A stretch of 64,000 bases of DNA, taken from Thermoplasmata archaeon (GTDB taxonomy: Archaea > Thermoplasmatota > Thermoplasmata > GCA-020350865). The stretch spans positions 2,561,767 to 2,625,766 of the forward strand of contig CP070751.1 of the NCBI GenBank assembly GCA_020348445.1, read 5' to 3'. How positions within the stretch are numbered: position 1 is the first letter of the stretch; every line of letters starts with the position of its first letter. The translations under genes and the position numbers were made by a program. Shown here piece by piece: positions 6,814 to 16,240 of the stretch. The notes below the pieces were generated by a model. That model saw only the letters and a list, made by a program, of their open reading frames with translations, was not told the origin of the DNA and ran no database searches.

Positions 6814-6886
6814 CTGGGGGAGATAAGCCCAGGGCAAGTGGGGGCCAAAGGCCACCACGGGGACCTGGCTTAGCTACCTCAGCATT
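6814..6886. repeat. Exact 23-bp direct duplicate of the tRNA 5' end paired with a degenerate inverted copy, forming a GC-rich hairpin
   Basis: CCTGGCTTAGCTACCTCAGCATT occurs at 6777-6799 and 6864-6886 (87 nt apart). CTGGGGGAGATAAGCCCAGG (6814-6833) is an inverted degenerate copy. Inner hairpin GTGGGGGCC-AAA-GGCCACCAC. Confidence 0.85.
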
Positions 6887-6984
6887 CCTGTGCACTTTCA
6901 GCCATATATGGTGGATTGTTATCAAGTTTTCGTTTTTGAAGGAGAGAACCAAAAAACATATTTTCTTAAGGAAGGATTAAAATA

Positions 6985-8631
6985 TCATTCTCTATTTCTA
7001 TGAACCATTAATTTCTCAACATCCAACTCGAATGCAGAAATGGGACTCGACAGATCAAAATTAGTAATGACCTGTGGGTGCAATTCACCGAAAAATCCCA
7101 AGGTCTCATCCCCAATTTCAACAGATGCACATCTTCCTTCTATGTAACTACCCCTATAAAGCGGATTAATGGTGTAAGGAATCCCCAAAGGCCTTAATAT
7201 CCCCTCAACAAGGGATTTCACCTCAGTAAAACTGGCCTTTGGGTGTATTGAGACACCGGCCAGCTTGTACACATTATGTTCTTCTGGGACAGTTATTCCA
7301 ACTTCAAAAATTTTTTGAGGAAGATCCCTGTGTCTATTGGCCTGTAGAGTTCGTAGGAGGCTAGGAAGCAAGGAAACCCTAAGGCAGCTGTGTTCCTCTG
7401 TTAGAGGGTCGTTGGCCAGGGCAACATCAATTGGCTCTACTCCCATTTTTTCGAACTGCTCCTTTATACTAGAGAGGGTGAGGGTCAGCACCTCGAAGAA
7501 TCCATAGCCCACCATTATCATCCTCAATTTCCTACAAAATTCGATTATCTCCATGGGCCTTCCAAATGTCATAGCCGAGGGCAGCTCAGGCTCAAATTTC
7601 ATGTAGCCATAACTAATGGCGATATCCTCCACCAAGTCGATAGGATGTAGAATATCACCCCTGTATGCTGGTACAAGGGTAGTTATTATATCACCTTTTT
7701 TCTCTGCACCAAAGCGCATCTTTTCAAGATGTGAGGCCGCTTCATCCACAGAAATATTAATGCCCAGCATAGAATTGACATATCCCAAATCAAGGTCCAT
7801 TTTCTCTGGTTCTAAGTTTGGGGTATTGATGCTCTCATCCTGATAAACAACCTCAACCTTCTCAATTTTTCCTCCCCGTTCAGCCAGTGCAGTTGCTATT
7901 ATGTTCAATGCCTGGTTTACTGCATTCATGTCGGTGCCTGTTAGGTCTAAGAAGATATCCTTTGTGTCTTCGGTCACTGTAGTCAGAGTGCCATTGATTA
8001 TGGGTGGAAATGAAAGGACCTCGTTGTTAGAATCTAGGATTATGGGATAGCGAGCAAAACCCTCCAATGTCCAGGCATAGTCCCGGCCTTTTTCGTGTTT
8101 TCTCAGAATCTCCTCCAAATCCATGGTCTCATTCTTTCCGAGGGGTACGAACTGGATGCTCTCAGGATCAACAGCCTTATAGGTGAATGGCGGGGTGATA
8201 TCCCGATAGTCGTGGACCCCTATTGCCATCTTGGCTCTCTTTCTTCCCAAAGTGAGGTGCAGTTTCTCCTGCATATCCATTAAGGATGTAATAAAAAAGT
8301 CTGTCATGGTTACGTCGCGAACAAGGCCGCTTACAATATAGGGTCTCACCTCATTTACAGTTGGATCAACTATGAGCTTGACATCAGACTCACCAATTGG
8401 ATACTTCTTGAGTCCGGTCTCTAGTTCCAGATATCCTCTTAATGCTCTGGCCACTCCTTCCACAGAATATAAATCTGGCCTGTCAGGAAAGAATTCGATA
8501 TCCATCTGCGTGTAATCTATCCTCCCAATATCGGCACCCATCATCGGGATGATTTCCTGGAGCTTCTCCATCTCGATTTTGGTGCCGAGAAGGTCTATTA
8601 GATCGTCGTATTCGATGGATATCACTGGCAT
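6985..8631 (-). CDS. pheT: Phenylalanine--tRNA ligase beta subunit (archaeal type)
   Basis: MPVISI..DRPDLYSVEGVARAL, QEKLH.T.GRKR.K.AIGVHD, VP.YR.DILHPIDLVEDIAI.YGY, LR.SLLPSLL, G.FGELHP. Confidence 0.96.
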   Translation of the reverse strand: MPVISIEYDDLIDLLGTKIEMEKLQEIIPMMGADIGRIDYTQMDIEFFPDRPDLYSVEGVARALRGYLELETGLKKYPIGESDVKLIVDPTVNEVRPYIVSGLVRDVTMTDFFITSLMDMQEKLHLTLGRKRAKMAIGVHDYRDITPPFTYKAVDPESIQFVPLGKNETMDLEEILRKHEKGRDYAWTLEGFARYPIILDSNNEVLSFPPIINGTLTTVTEDTKDIFLDLTGTDMNAVNQALNIIATALAERGGKIEKVEVVYQDESINTPNLEPEKMDLDLGYVNSMLGINISVDEAASHLEKMRFGAEKKGDIITTLVPAYRGDILHPIDLVEDIAISYGYMKFEPELPSAMTFGRPMEIIEFCRKLRMIMVGYGFFEVLTLTLSSIKEQFEKMGVEPIDVALANDPLTEEHSCLRVSLLPSLLRTLQANRHRDLPQKIFEVGITVPEEHNVYKLAGVSIHPKASFTEVKSLVEGILRPLGIPYTINPLYRGSYIEGRCASVEIGDETLGFFGELHPQVITNFDLSSPISAFELDVEKLMVHRNRE

Positions 8632-8796
8632 TAATATCGGATAAGGAAAAGGCTTGATGGTATATTTTTGTTTTGATTAAGGGCTTTAATCTTCAGAAAC
8701 AAGGGAATAACTCCTCATTCCCCCAATTTTTAAATATTTTAAATGTGTTAATCATATAGGTCTTATAAAACCCAAACTCTACGGGGAGGTAATTCT

Positions 8797-11334
8797 ATGG
8801 GACGGATAGGTAAGAAATTATATGGTACACAAGATATCAAGCAAGCAAATAATAATTTTCAAATATGGATTGTAATATTTTTGGTTGTATTAAGTTCAAT
8901 ATCCACTCATTGTTTAATAACAAAATCAAAAGCTGCCCCTATCATAATCGATGAGGACAGCAATGGATATTGGGAGGATTATTTTGAGGATAACAAAGGG
9001 ATCGAAACATGGGATAACATAGAACTGAATATGGGTGAGATTCGACTGATGGATATGTTATATGAGAATTTTACAGGACCTACCGGAACATACCCTGATG
9101 ATAAAAAATGGGATATCATCCATCAAGGTGGAACTTTTGAAATAAACAATAACCGCATGAGATCCTCTGATTCCCCTCCCTATGGAACCTGGCACAATAT
9201 GAAGGTCCAGACAAAATCGGATTTTAAACTGCCACACACCCTCACATGGAGGCAGCAGCTTCAGACCGTTGGAGGTGGTATGTATTATCATTTCCGCGTT
9301 CAAAATGCATCAAGTGGTAATTCATTGTTGGGTATCTATCAGAATTATTTGGGAAATTACGGAGTTTATAATTACTATACCTCAAGTGGAACTTCGATGG
9401 GTTCTTCAGTCTCTGGCTGGCACGATTACAAGGTTACCTTCAATGGTGGTTATTTAGAAATTTATATGGATGATGTATTAAAATTTTCTTATGACTATTT
9501 TGATGTGCAATCGGTTAGGTATCAAATCGGTATGGATATACTAGATCCAGCCTCTGCAACAATTTATACTGATGATATTCAAATCACTTCAGGTATCACA
9601 TCTGGCAATCTAACCTCCACAGAAATCGTAATCCCAAAGGATCAGACATGGGAATCCTTGGAGGTCGATAAACTGGAACCGGTAAATGGAAATACTATTA
9701 ATGTGTCGGTTCTTGATGGCATTACCTTCCTTGCAATTCCGGGATTTGATAATCTCAATGCATCTACTATTAATTTATCCTCAATTGACCCGACAACCTA
9801 TCCCACCATACGGTTAAAAGCCCATTTTACAGGATACGACAATCGCACACCAGTTCTTTATGGGTGGAAGGTTACATGGGCCGATACCATAGCGCCCTCG
9901 CCTCCTTCAGGTTTGACTGTAAATGATCCTTATTCTGGTGATTCACTTAATATCAGTTGGGACCCCAACCCGGAGCCTGATGTTGTATATTATTATTTGG
10001 ATTACAGCACCGACAATGTTACATTTTATAGACTTGCCAATATCGATAAGAACACATTCTCATTCATTCATTCAAACCTCTTAACCGGAATTGAATACTA
10101 TTACAAAATTGCAGCTGTAGATGAGATACCGAATCAGTCACCGTTTTCAGAGGTGAAGAGCACCATCTTAGACATCGATTCAGATGGGGATGGTATTGGC
10201 AATAGAATCGATGACGATATCGATGGCGATACAGTACCAAATTCCATTGATGAATACCCTTATAACGAAAATGAGTGGATTGACTCGGATGGTGACGGTA
10301 TCGCTGACAATGCAGATTTGGACGATGACAATGACAGTTATGATGATACCATCGATGATTTTCCATTCAATTCAAGTGAATGGAAGGATACTGATTGCGA
10401 TGGTATAGGAAATAACGCTGATCTCGATGATGATAACGATGGAATCCCTGATATCTCTGATATGTATCCCTTCAATGATGCAAATGATATTGAGGAGAGA
10501 ATCGATGATCTTTCAGCAGAACTTACCAGCGTAAATGACTCCCTTTTTAATAGGATATCTGAGACCGAAATCAACATATTGAATAGGTTGGATAACCTCA
10601 ACTGGAGCCCTATACTGAACTATATCGAAGGGATGAATGATTCTTTATCTTCAGAGATCCAGGATATACTGAACAGTATAACAGATGACGTAATCGAATT
10701 GAACTCTTCTCTTTCAGATGAATTAACTATGCTCCTTGACAGTCTGAAAAACGATAACGATGCTTTAAGAGCATGGCTTGAATTGGTAACCAACGAATTG
10801 AACTCCCAGTTGACTGCTGCAAGCGATATCCTTTATAACCAATCGAATGAACTGGATGACTCTGATAATAATATTGAAATAATCAACAACACCCTGGCGA
10901 ATCTAACAAAGCTTGATAACATATTATCACAGCTTCTTGATCTTGACAGTGCATTGAAGGATGTTAACGATGATTTAAAGACAAAGGCAGAGGATAAATC
11001 AAAAGAAGAGGAAATAGAGGATAGGATTCGATTATTGGAATTTTTCATTTTCATTGTGCTTTTATTATTGATCGTTAATTTAGTAGTGACATCTATCAGT
11101 TTATTAAGAAAGAAAATCCAAAAAGATACCAAGATTTCTGAGAGTTATAACAAAGTCGAACCTGAGCCTTTAGAGTCCTTTACCCTGGCATCAGAACCTG
11201 AGGAACCTAAAGAGATTATCAAGGAGAATAAAATCAAAGAAGAGGAACCTACACCACAAACACAATCTACACCCCCTTTTCCACCTCCCCCACCTCCTCC
11301 TCCACCACCTCCAAATGAAGAGGTGATAGAATGA
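8797..11334 (+). CDS. Membrane-anchored surface protein: signal, lectin/LamG-like region, FN3, thrombospondin type-3 repeats, coiled coil, TM helix, poly-Pro cytoplasmic tail (paralog 1)
   Basis: N-terminal hydrophobic segment; DTIAPSPPSGL..W..YYYKIAAVD (FN3); repeated DSDGDGIG..D.DDDND; heptads; TM FFIFIVLLLLIVNLVV; 11 consecutive Pro; GGAGGT ribosome-binding site. Confidence 0.85.
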   Translation: MGRIGKKLYGTQDIKQANNNFQIWIVIFLVVLSSISTHCLITKSKAAPIIIDEDSNGYWEDYFEDNKGIETWDNIELNMGEIRLMDMLYENFTGPTGTYPDDKKWDIIHQGGTFEINNNRMRSSDSPPYGTWHNMKVQTKSDFKLPHTLTWRQQLQTVGGGMYYHFRVQNASSGNSLLGIYQNYLGNYGVYNYYTSSGTSMGSSVSGWHDYKVTFNGGYLEIYMDDVLKFSYDYFDVQSVRYQIGMDILDPASATIYTDDIQITSGITSGNLTSTEIVIPKDQTWESLEVDKLEPVNGNTINVSVLDGITFLAIPGFDNLNASTINLSSIDPTTYPTIRLKAHFTGYDNRTPVLYGWKVTWADTIAPSPPSGLTVNDPYSGDSLNISWDPNPEPDVVYYYLDYSTDNVTFYRLANIDKNTFSFIHSNLLTGIEYYYKIAAVDEIPNQSPFSEVKSTILDIDSDGDGIGNRIDDDIDGDTVPNSIDEYPYNENEWIDSDGDGIADNADLDDDNDSYDDTIDDFPFNSSEWKDTDCDGIGNNADLDDDNDGIPDISDMYPFNDANDIEERIDDLSAELTSVNDSLFNRISETEINILNRLDNLNWSPILNYIEGMNDSLSSEIQDILNSITDDVIELNSSLSDELTMLLDSLKNDNDALRAWLELVTNELNSQLTAASDILYNQSNELDDSDNNIEIINNTLANLTKLDNILSQLLDLDSALKDVNDDLKTKAEDKSKEEEIEDRIRLLEFFIFIVLLLLIVNLVVTSISLLRKKIQKDTKISESYNKVEPEPLESFTLASEPEEPKEIIKENKIKEEEPTPQTQSTPPFPPPPPPPPPPPNEEVIE

Positions 11335-13778
11335 TAGGCAATATAAATAACAAGAAATCAATGGCAATTGGTGTTCTTTTATTACTCGGTTTTTTAAGTT
11401 TGTCATGCATAACCAATTTAGCAAAGGGAGTACCAGTTATCCATGAGGAGGACAGCTATGGAAGTTGGGAGGATACCTTCAATGATACAACAGGAATAGC
11501 CCTGTGGGATAATATCGAAACCTGCGGGTATGGTCTTAAATTGATGGACATGTTCTACGATAACTTCACAGGTTTGGAAGGAGATCCACCAGACGCCTTG
11601 AAATGGGATATTTTCGATGAAGGATATGTACTATGGAAAAGTGGTAATATACTGAGGGTTGAGGCTAATCCCCCGGGATCATCCTGGAGAGCTGAGATGA
11701 TTCAAACCAATGATTCCTTTACAGAAAATCATACCCTCACATGGTCCCAGGTTCTTCAAACTGTAACCAGCGGGATGTACTACCATTTCTATATTTCTAA
11801 TGCCACTGATGGCAGTTGGCTTCTTTGCCTCTATCAGAACTCAGCAGGACAATACATGGTCTGGAACAACATCACATCATCAGGTGTGCAAATAGGAACC
11901 AGTGTTACCGGATGGCATGATTACAAAGTGGTTTTCACTGATGGTTTCATTGAATTCTATTATGATGGTGTAAAAGAGCACGAATATGATTTCCAGGTGG
12001 ATTCTGTCAGATACCGTTTCGGGATTCTTGTGCAGAGTGCCTGGACCAGATCTCCTCTAGACGAGATCCATATAAGCTCGGGCATCACAACAGGGAATCT
12101 GACATCATCTGAAATCACCCTGCCTTCGGGCTATACCTGGGACTCTCTCTATTTAAATAAAACTGTCATTGGAGATGACAATTTCCTGAATGCGACAATT
12201 TTGGATGGAGTAACATATCAGCCAATTTTAGGATATGAACATCTCACTGGAGCAAATATCGACATCTCTGGGATTGATGAGGGGGTGCACCCTACCATAC
12301 GATTAAGAGCGCATTTTGTTGGCAACGGTACCCACTCGCCCTATCTTTCTGGATGGAAGGTATTATGGACAGATACCATAGCCCCGGAAAAACCAACTGG
12401 TTTTACTGTATCTGATCCAAGGACCGGAAATTCCCTTATTCTTGATTGGAATCCAAATATCGATCCCGATATTGTAAATTATGTTTTGTATTACAGTTTA
12501 GATAATTCAACATTTATCTGGCTTGCTAATGTTATCTTGGGATCGGAATCATTCACACACTACGGACTTTCCACCCATACCACCTACTATTACAAGATCG
12601 CAGCAGCTGATGAGATGCCCAATCAATCACCGTTTTCTGATGTGTCATCAGGAATCCCCGATATCGATACCGATTGTGATGGCATAGGTAACCTCATGGA
12701 TGGCGATGATGACGGTGATACAGTTTTAGATTCTAATGATGACTTTCCATTAAATCCCAATGAAAATATCGATACTGACGGTGATGGAATAGGAAATCAT
12801 GCAGATTATGATGATGACGATGATAGTTATTTGGATGTGAACGATGAATTTCCATTAAATGATACAGAATGGCTGGATACAGATCATGACGGTGTGGGTA
12901 ACAATATGGATCCAGATGACGACAATGACGGCGTACCCGATATATCAGATCCCAACCCGCTCAGCAATATCAATGACCTAGATGCAAAAATCGATGCCCT
13001 TCTTTTACAAATTTCCACCATCAATGCATCCCTTCAAAGCGAAATCTTGGGTGCTGAGTCAGATATCCTGGGTAAAATAGATGAAATCGATAATGCGGAC
13101 ATACTTACCCATTTGAAAGAAACGAATGTTACATTGTATTATGAGTTGCAAAATCTACTGGATAGCATTACAGATGAAGTCATAGAAATAAATAATTCAC
13201 TTTCCCACCAACTTACAGCACTTTTGTTAAACATGACTGATGATAATGATGCACTGAGAATATGGCTTGAAATCATCCTGAACGAGTTAAATACCAATTT
13301 AACTGCAACAAATGATTTCTTGGACAATCAGCTGAAAGATATCCAGGATTCGAATCAAAGATTAAGTATTATCAGGAATACTCTGGATGATCTTCTAAAA
13401 TTGGATAATATTCTTTCGAACATAACATTACTAACTCAAACATTACAGGATGTAAACGATGATCTGTCCGAATCCATTGAAGATAAATCCAAGGAGGAGG
13501 ATATCGAGGATAGGGTACAGTTTTTGGAGTTGTTAATAATCCTGGTTCTGATCTTAGGTAGCGTTAATCTGATACTTTCTGTCCTGGTTGTGATGCTTAA
13601 AAAATCCGAACCCAAAGATTTGGCATTAAATAAGGGACCGAAAGAAGGAGAACAAACTCAGAAAAAGGATTTAGAAACATCGAGAGAAACAAGCAAATCA
13701 TCAGAAAAGATAATTGAAGAGGACAGTCCACCACCTCCACCACCTCCACCACCTCCTCCACTGATAGAATGGGAATGA
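11331..13778 (+). CDS. Membrane-anchored surface protein with the same architecture (paralog 2)
   Basis: Collinear with paralog 1 (SGWHDYKV.F, GNLTS.EI.., YPTIRL.AHF.G, YYKIAA.DE.PNQSPFS); 11 consecutive Pro; ATGA overlap with paralog 1. Confidence 0.85.
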   Translation: MIGNINNKKSMAIGVLLLLGFLSLSCITNLAKGVPVIHEEDSYGSWEDTFNDTTGIALWDNIETCGYGLKLMDMFYDNFTGLEGDPPDALKWDIFDEGYVLWKSGNILRVEANPPGSSWRAEMIQTNDSFTENHTLTWSQVLQTVTSGMYYHFYISNATDGSWLLCLYQNSAGQYMVWNNITSSGVQIGTSVTGWHDYKVVFTDGFIEFYYDGVKEHEYDFQVDSVRYRFGILVQSAWTRSPLDEIHISSGITTGNLTSSEITLPSGYTWDSLYLNKTVIGDDNFLNATILDGVTYQPILGYEHLTGANIDISGIDEGVHPTIRLRAHFVGNGTHSPYLSGWKVLWTDTIAPEKPTGFTVSDPRTGNSLILDWNPNIDPDIVNYVLYYSLDNSTFIWLANVILGSESFTHYGLSTHTTYYYKIAAADEMPNQSPFSDVSSGIPDIDTDCDGIGNLMDGDDDGDTVLDSNDDFPLNPNENIDTDGDGIGNHADYDDDDDSYLDVNDEFPLNDTEWLDTDHDGVGNNMDPDDDNDGVPDISDPNPLSNINDLDAKIDALLLQISTINASLQSEILGAESDILGKIDEIDNADILTHLKETNVTLYYELQNLLDSITDEVIEINNSLSHQLTALLLNMTDDNDALRIWLEIILNELNTNLTATNDFLDNQLKDIQDSNQRLSIIRNTLDDLLKLDNILSNITLLTQTLQDVNDDLSESIEDKSKEEDIEDRVQFLELLIILVLILGSVNLILSVLVVMLKKSEPKDLALNKGPKEGEQTQKKDLETSRETSKSSEKIIEEDSPPPPPPPPPPPLIEWE

Positions 13779-13814
13779 TAACTACACTCGGTCTATTAAA
13801 AGTTTAGGGATGGT

Positions 13815-14372
13815 TCATCCCCATCTCTCGAATAACTCGTTCTCTATACCCATCACATCCAATACCTTCCCAAGAACATGACTCACCATGTCATCAATGG
13901 ATTTTGGCTGTGAATAAAAGGAGAGCACAGGTGGTAAAATAACACCTCCAGCCTTTGTCACACGAGACATGTTCTTTATATGTATCAGGCTCAAAGGGGT
14001 CTCCCTTGCCACCAAAACCAGCTTCCTTCTCTCCTTCAAGCATACATCCGCTGATCTTAACAAGAGATTGTCAGAATATCCTGATGCGATTCCAGCCAGG
14101 GTTTTCATGCTGCAAGGGATTATCACCATTCCATCTGTTTTAAATGAGCCTGATGCACAGGGTGCAAACAAATCCTTATTGTCATAAGCATATGTGGCCA
14201 GTTTTTTTACATCCTCAACCTTGTACTCGGTCTCGTGAGTAATGAGACTTTCAGCTGGGAGGGTGATGATCAAGTGCGTCTCATAGTCATTATCCTTTAA
14301 AAATTCTAGGAGTCTGATTCCCAGGATAGCTCCCGAACTTCCTGAGATACCAACAATAAGGGTCTTACCCAT
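13815..14372 (-). CDS. ubiX: Flavin prenyltransferase UbiX
   Basis: VGISGSSGAILG, APCASGSF, PCSMKTLAGIASGYSDNLL.RSADVCLKERRKLVLVARETPL, PVLSFY. ATG at 14372. Confidence 0.95.
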   Translation of the reverse strand: MGKTLIVGISGSSGAILGIRLLEFLKDNDYETHLIITLPAESLITHETEYKVEDVKKLATYAYDNKDLFAPCASGSFKTDGMVIIPCSMKTLAGIASGYSDNLLLRSADVCLKERRKLVLVARETPLSLIHIKNMSRVTKAGGVILPPVLSFYSQPKSIDDMVSHVLGKVLDVMGIENELFERWG

Positions 14373-14748
14373 GCTCAACTGTCCCCTCGTCAGCATTTAC
14401 TTTCAGCTTGTCTCCAGATTTTATTTGCTCGATATCGATACCATCCACGCATGGAATACCAGCAAGGATAACTCCCGTGGCCACTATTGTCTCTGTTTCC
14501 TTGTTTACGATGGCCTTTGGAGCAACACCGTTTTTCTTTAGACCGTATATCACATAAGAACCCACGGTTGAGCCCTTGCCCATAGGGAATACAAGTATCT
14601 TGTCCTTGACATTCTGCCCTTCGAGCTCGTGCCCTTTTTCTATGACATCCCCTGTTTTGGCATCAATTCCACCGTAGAATCCAATGGGCTCTTTAGATAC
14701 AATGGCCTCCCCTTCTACTGTACCTGGATAAATTGTCCTTCCCTTCAT
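14365..14748 (-). CDS. Aconitase X small (swivel, DUF126) subunit; phosphomevalonate dehydratase small subunit
   Basis: MKGRTI.PG..EGEA.VS.EPI.F.GG.D..TG.V.E.GH.L.G..V...ILVFP.GKGSTVGSYV. ATGA overlap at 14745-14748. Confidence 0.88.
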   Translation of the reverse strand: MKGRTIYPGTVEGEAIVSKEPIGFYGGIDAKTGDVIEKGHELEGQNVKDKILVFPMGKGSTVGSYVIYGLKKNGVAPKAIVNKETETIVATGVILAGIPCVDGIDIEQIKSGDKLKVNADEGTVEHG

Positions 14749-15932
14749 TTTAACGCCCCCTGAATCAGAATATCGATGTCGCGAAATATCACTTCTTGCT
14801 TGCAAAAGCCAGGAAGGTAATTTGCAGCCTTGCCCGAATTAACTCCAGTGGTTTTATATCCCATTTCCTCGATAGGAGAGACAACACAGCAGGTATCGGC
14901 CACTATTTTTCCCCCTGCCTTTTCAATTGTATCGTTGAATCCCATTCTCTGGGCAGCCTCCTTGACCATCCTGGATGTGCATATCCAAACTGGTTTTGTC
15001 AGGTTCTTTCCTTCCACCTTATCTGCCAATGTGGATATCTCTCTAAGGGAGGCATGGGGACAACCCATGATCACTATATCTGGTTCCTTGCCGGTGTTGA
15101 GCTTTTCATACGTTTCATCAAGGTTTTTCTCACCGACATCAATGGTCTCTAGGCCATTGATATCCTGCTGATTGGCCTCAGGAGTTTGATCTTCCACATA
15201 ATAAAGTGCCACTGCACCAGAGGCGGCCATGGCAGCCCCAAGAGCTTTCAGCTGATCTGTGTTTGCATTAGAGAGACCCTTAAACAACGGTATCGCCTTC
15301 TTAACCTGTTTCCCAACATGGTAACCCAGGGCACCGTAATTGGAATTGTACTTTAGATCGGCATCCACGTTTATCACAACACTGGGCTTTCTGTTTTCAT
15401 CAAGATGCAATCCATAGTTGGGGGTCACACCGCATAGTGCAGCTGCAAGTGCAGATGGACCTCCTTCGCGGTTTGTCCTTGCCCCAATTACAGAATTTGC
15501 AAATGACACAGCCGAGGATTCTGACCATGCAATATGCTCCCTGAACCTAGGAAGGTTTCCAGCCAGATAAGGTGTGCACGTGGAAGTAACCACAATTCCC
15601 ATTTTCTTGAATGCGTTCATAATCCTGGTCTGCTTTTCTGCAAATTCCTTTGGAAATCCTAGCTTGTCCCAGTCCTCTAAATCCATTCCAGCGGGATTCA
15701 GATATGTCAGAACCTGGACCTTGGCACCTTTTCCTGCAAAGTCCTCCAGAAACTCCAGTCCTGGATCACCTATTGACTTAAATGATACACCTGCCACCTG
15801 AACCGAGCCTACAGGTATCATCTTGTCAGCACCATAGATATCTCCCAATCGTGTCAAGAGCCTGAACATACGTTCAAGCACCTCTCCCTTCTCACCCTCA
15901 AGAATCTTTTCCTCATCCTTTGTTAGATACAT
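14745..15932 (-). CDS. Aconitase X large (DUF521) subunit; phosphomevalonate dehydratase large subunit
   Basis: MYLT.DEE..L.GE.G, TCTPYL.GN.P..EH.AWSESSAV.FANSV.GARTNREGGP.ALAAAL.G.TP.YGLH, GCPHAS, DTC.VV, NSGKAA.Y. The mevalonate role is inferred from operon context. Confidence 0.9.
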   Translation of the reverse strand: MYLTKDEEKILEGEKGEVLERMFRLLTRLGDIYGADKMIPVGSVQVAGVSFKSIGDPGLEFLEDFAGKGAKVQVLTYLNPAGMDLEDWDKLGFPKEFAEKQTRIMNAFKKMGIVVTSTCTPYLAGNLPRFREHIAWSESSAVSFANSVIGARTNREGGPSALAAALCGVTPNYGLHLDENRKPSVVINVDADLKYNSNYGALGYHVGKQVKKAIPLFKGLSNANTDQLKALGAAMAASGAVALYYVEDQTPEANQQDINGLETIDVGEKNLDETYEKLNTGKEPDIVIMGCPHASLREISTLADKVEGKNLTKPVWICTSRMVKEAAQRMGFNDTIEKAGGKIVADTCCVVSPIEEMGYKTTGVNSGKAANYLPGFCKQEVIFRDIDILIQGALK

Positions 15933-16240
15933 TCTGCCAACTCCTTACAATTTTTTACCAATATATCAATTTCATCTTTGGAGGCCTCATCCACATGAAC
16001 ACCTCCAACAACCACGACTTTTGTATTGTATTTTTCACATGCCTTCTTAGCAATTGGTTCCAGGACAATGTGATCGTAGTGACCCTCCAATTTGATGGTC
16101 TCGGGCTCCTTCCCTGGCTCCATCACCACCACCCCGCCAATATGTGGTCTTTCCCCTCCTCCAAGAATAAACAGTAATTCACCCGAAAGGATCTCCTTTT
16201 TCAACCAAACTTTATATTTACCGCTACCTGCAGTAATCAT
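15923..16240 (-). CDS. LpdD-like prenylated-FMN chaperone candidate
   Basis: GGGE.PHIGGV..., GH.D....., V.GGVHVD.AS..EI..L..N pattern recalled from LpdD-family proteins; overlaps both ubiD-like and acnX genes. Confidence 0.6.
   Translation of the reverse strand: MITAGSGKYKVWLKKEILSGELLFILGGGERPHIGGVVVMEPGKEPETIKLEGHYDHIVLEPIAKKACEKYNTKVVVVGGVHVDEASKDEIDILVKNCKELAECI

Noticed and set aside
6777-6886. attL/attR pair delimiting the ubiquitin operon as an integrated element
   Set aside because: Both copies lie on the same side, 87 nt apart; no matching copy was noticed near uppS and there is no integrase in the window.
6541-6900. SRP RNA, RNase P RNA or a second intact tRNA
   Set aside because: No SRP helix-8 or RNase P P4 motifs were found; the flanking fragments do not form a complete cloverleaf.
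6750-6980. 76-aa ORF with a repeated PGLATSA
   Set aside because: A translation artefact of the tRNA 5'-end duplication.
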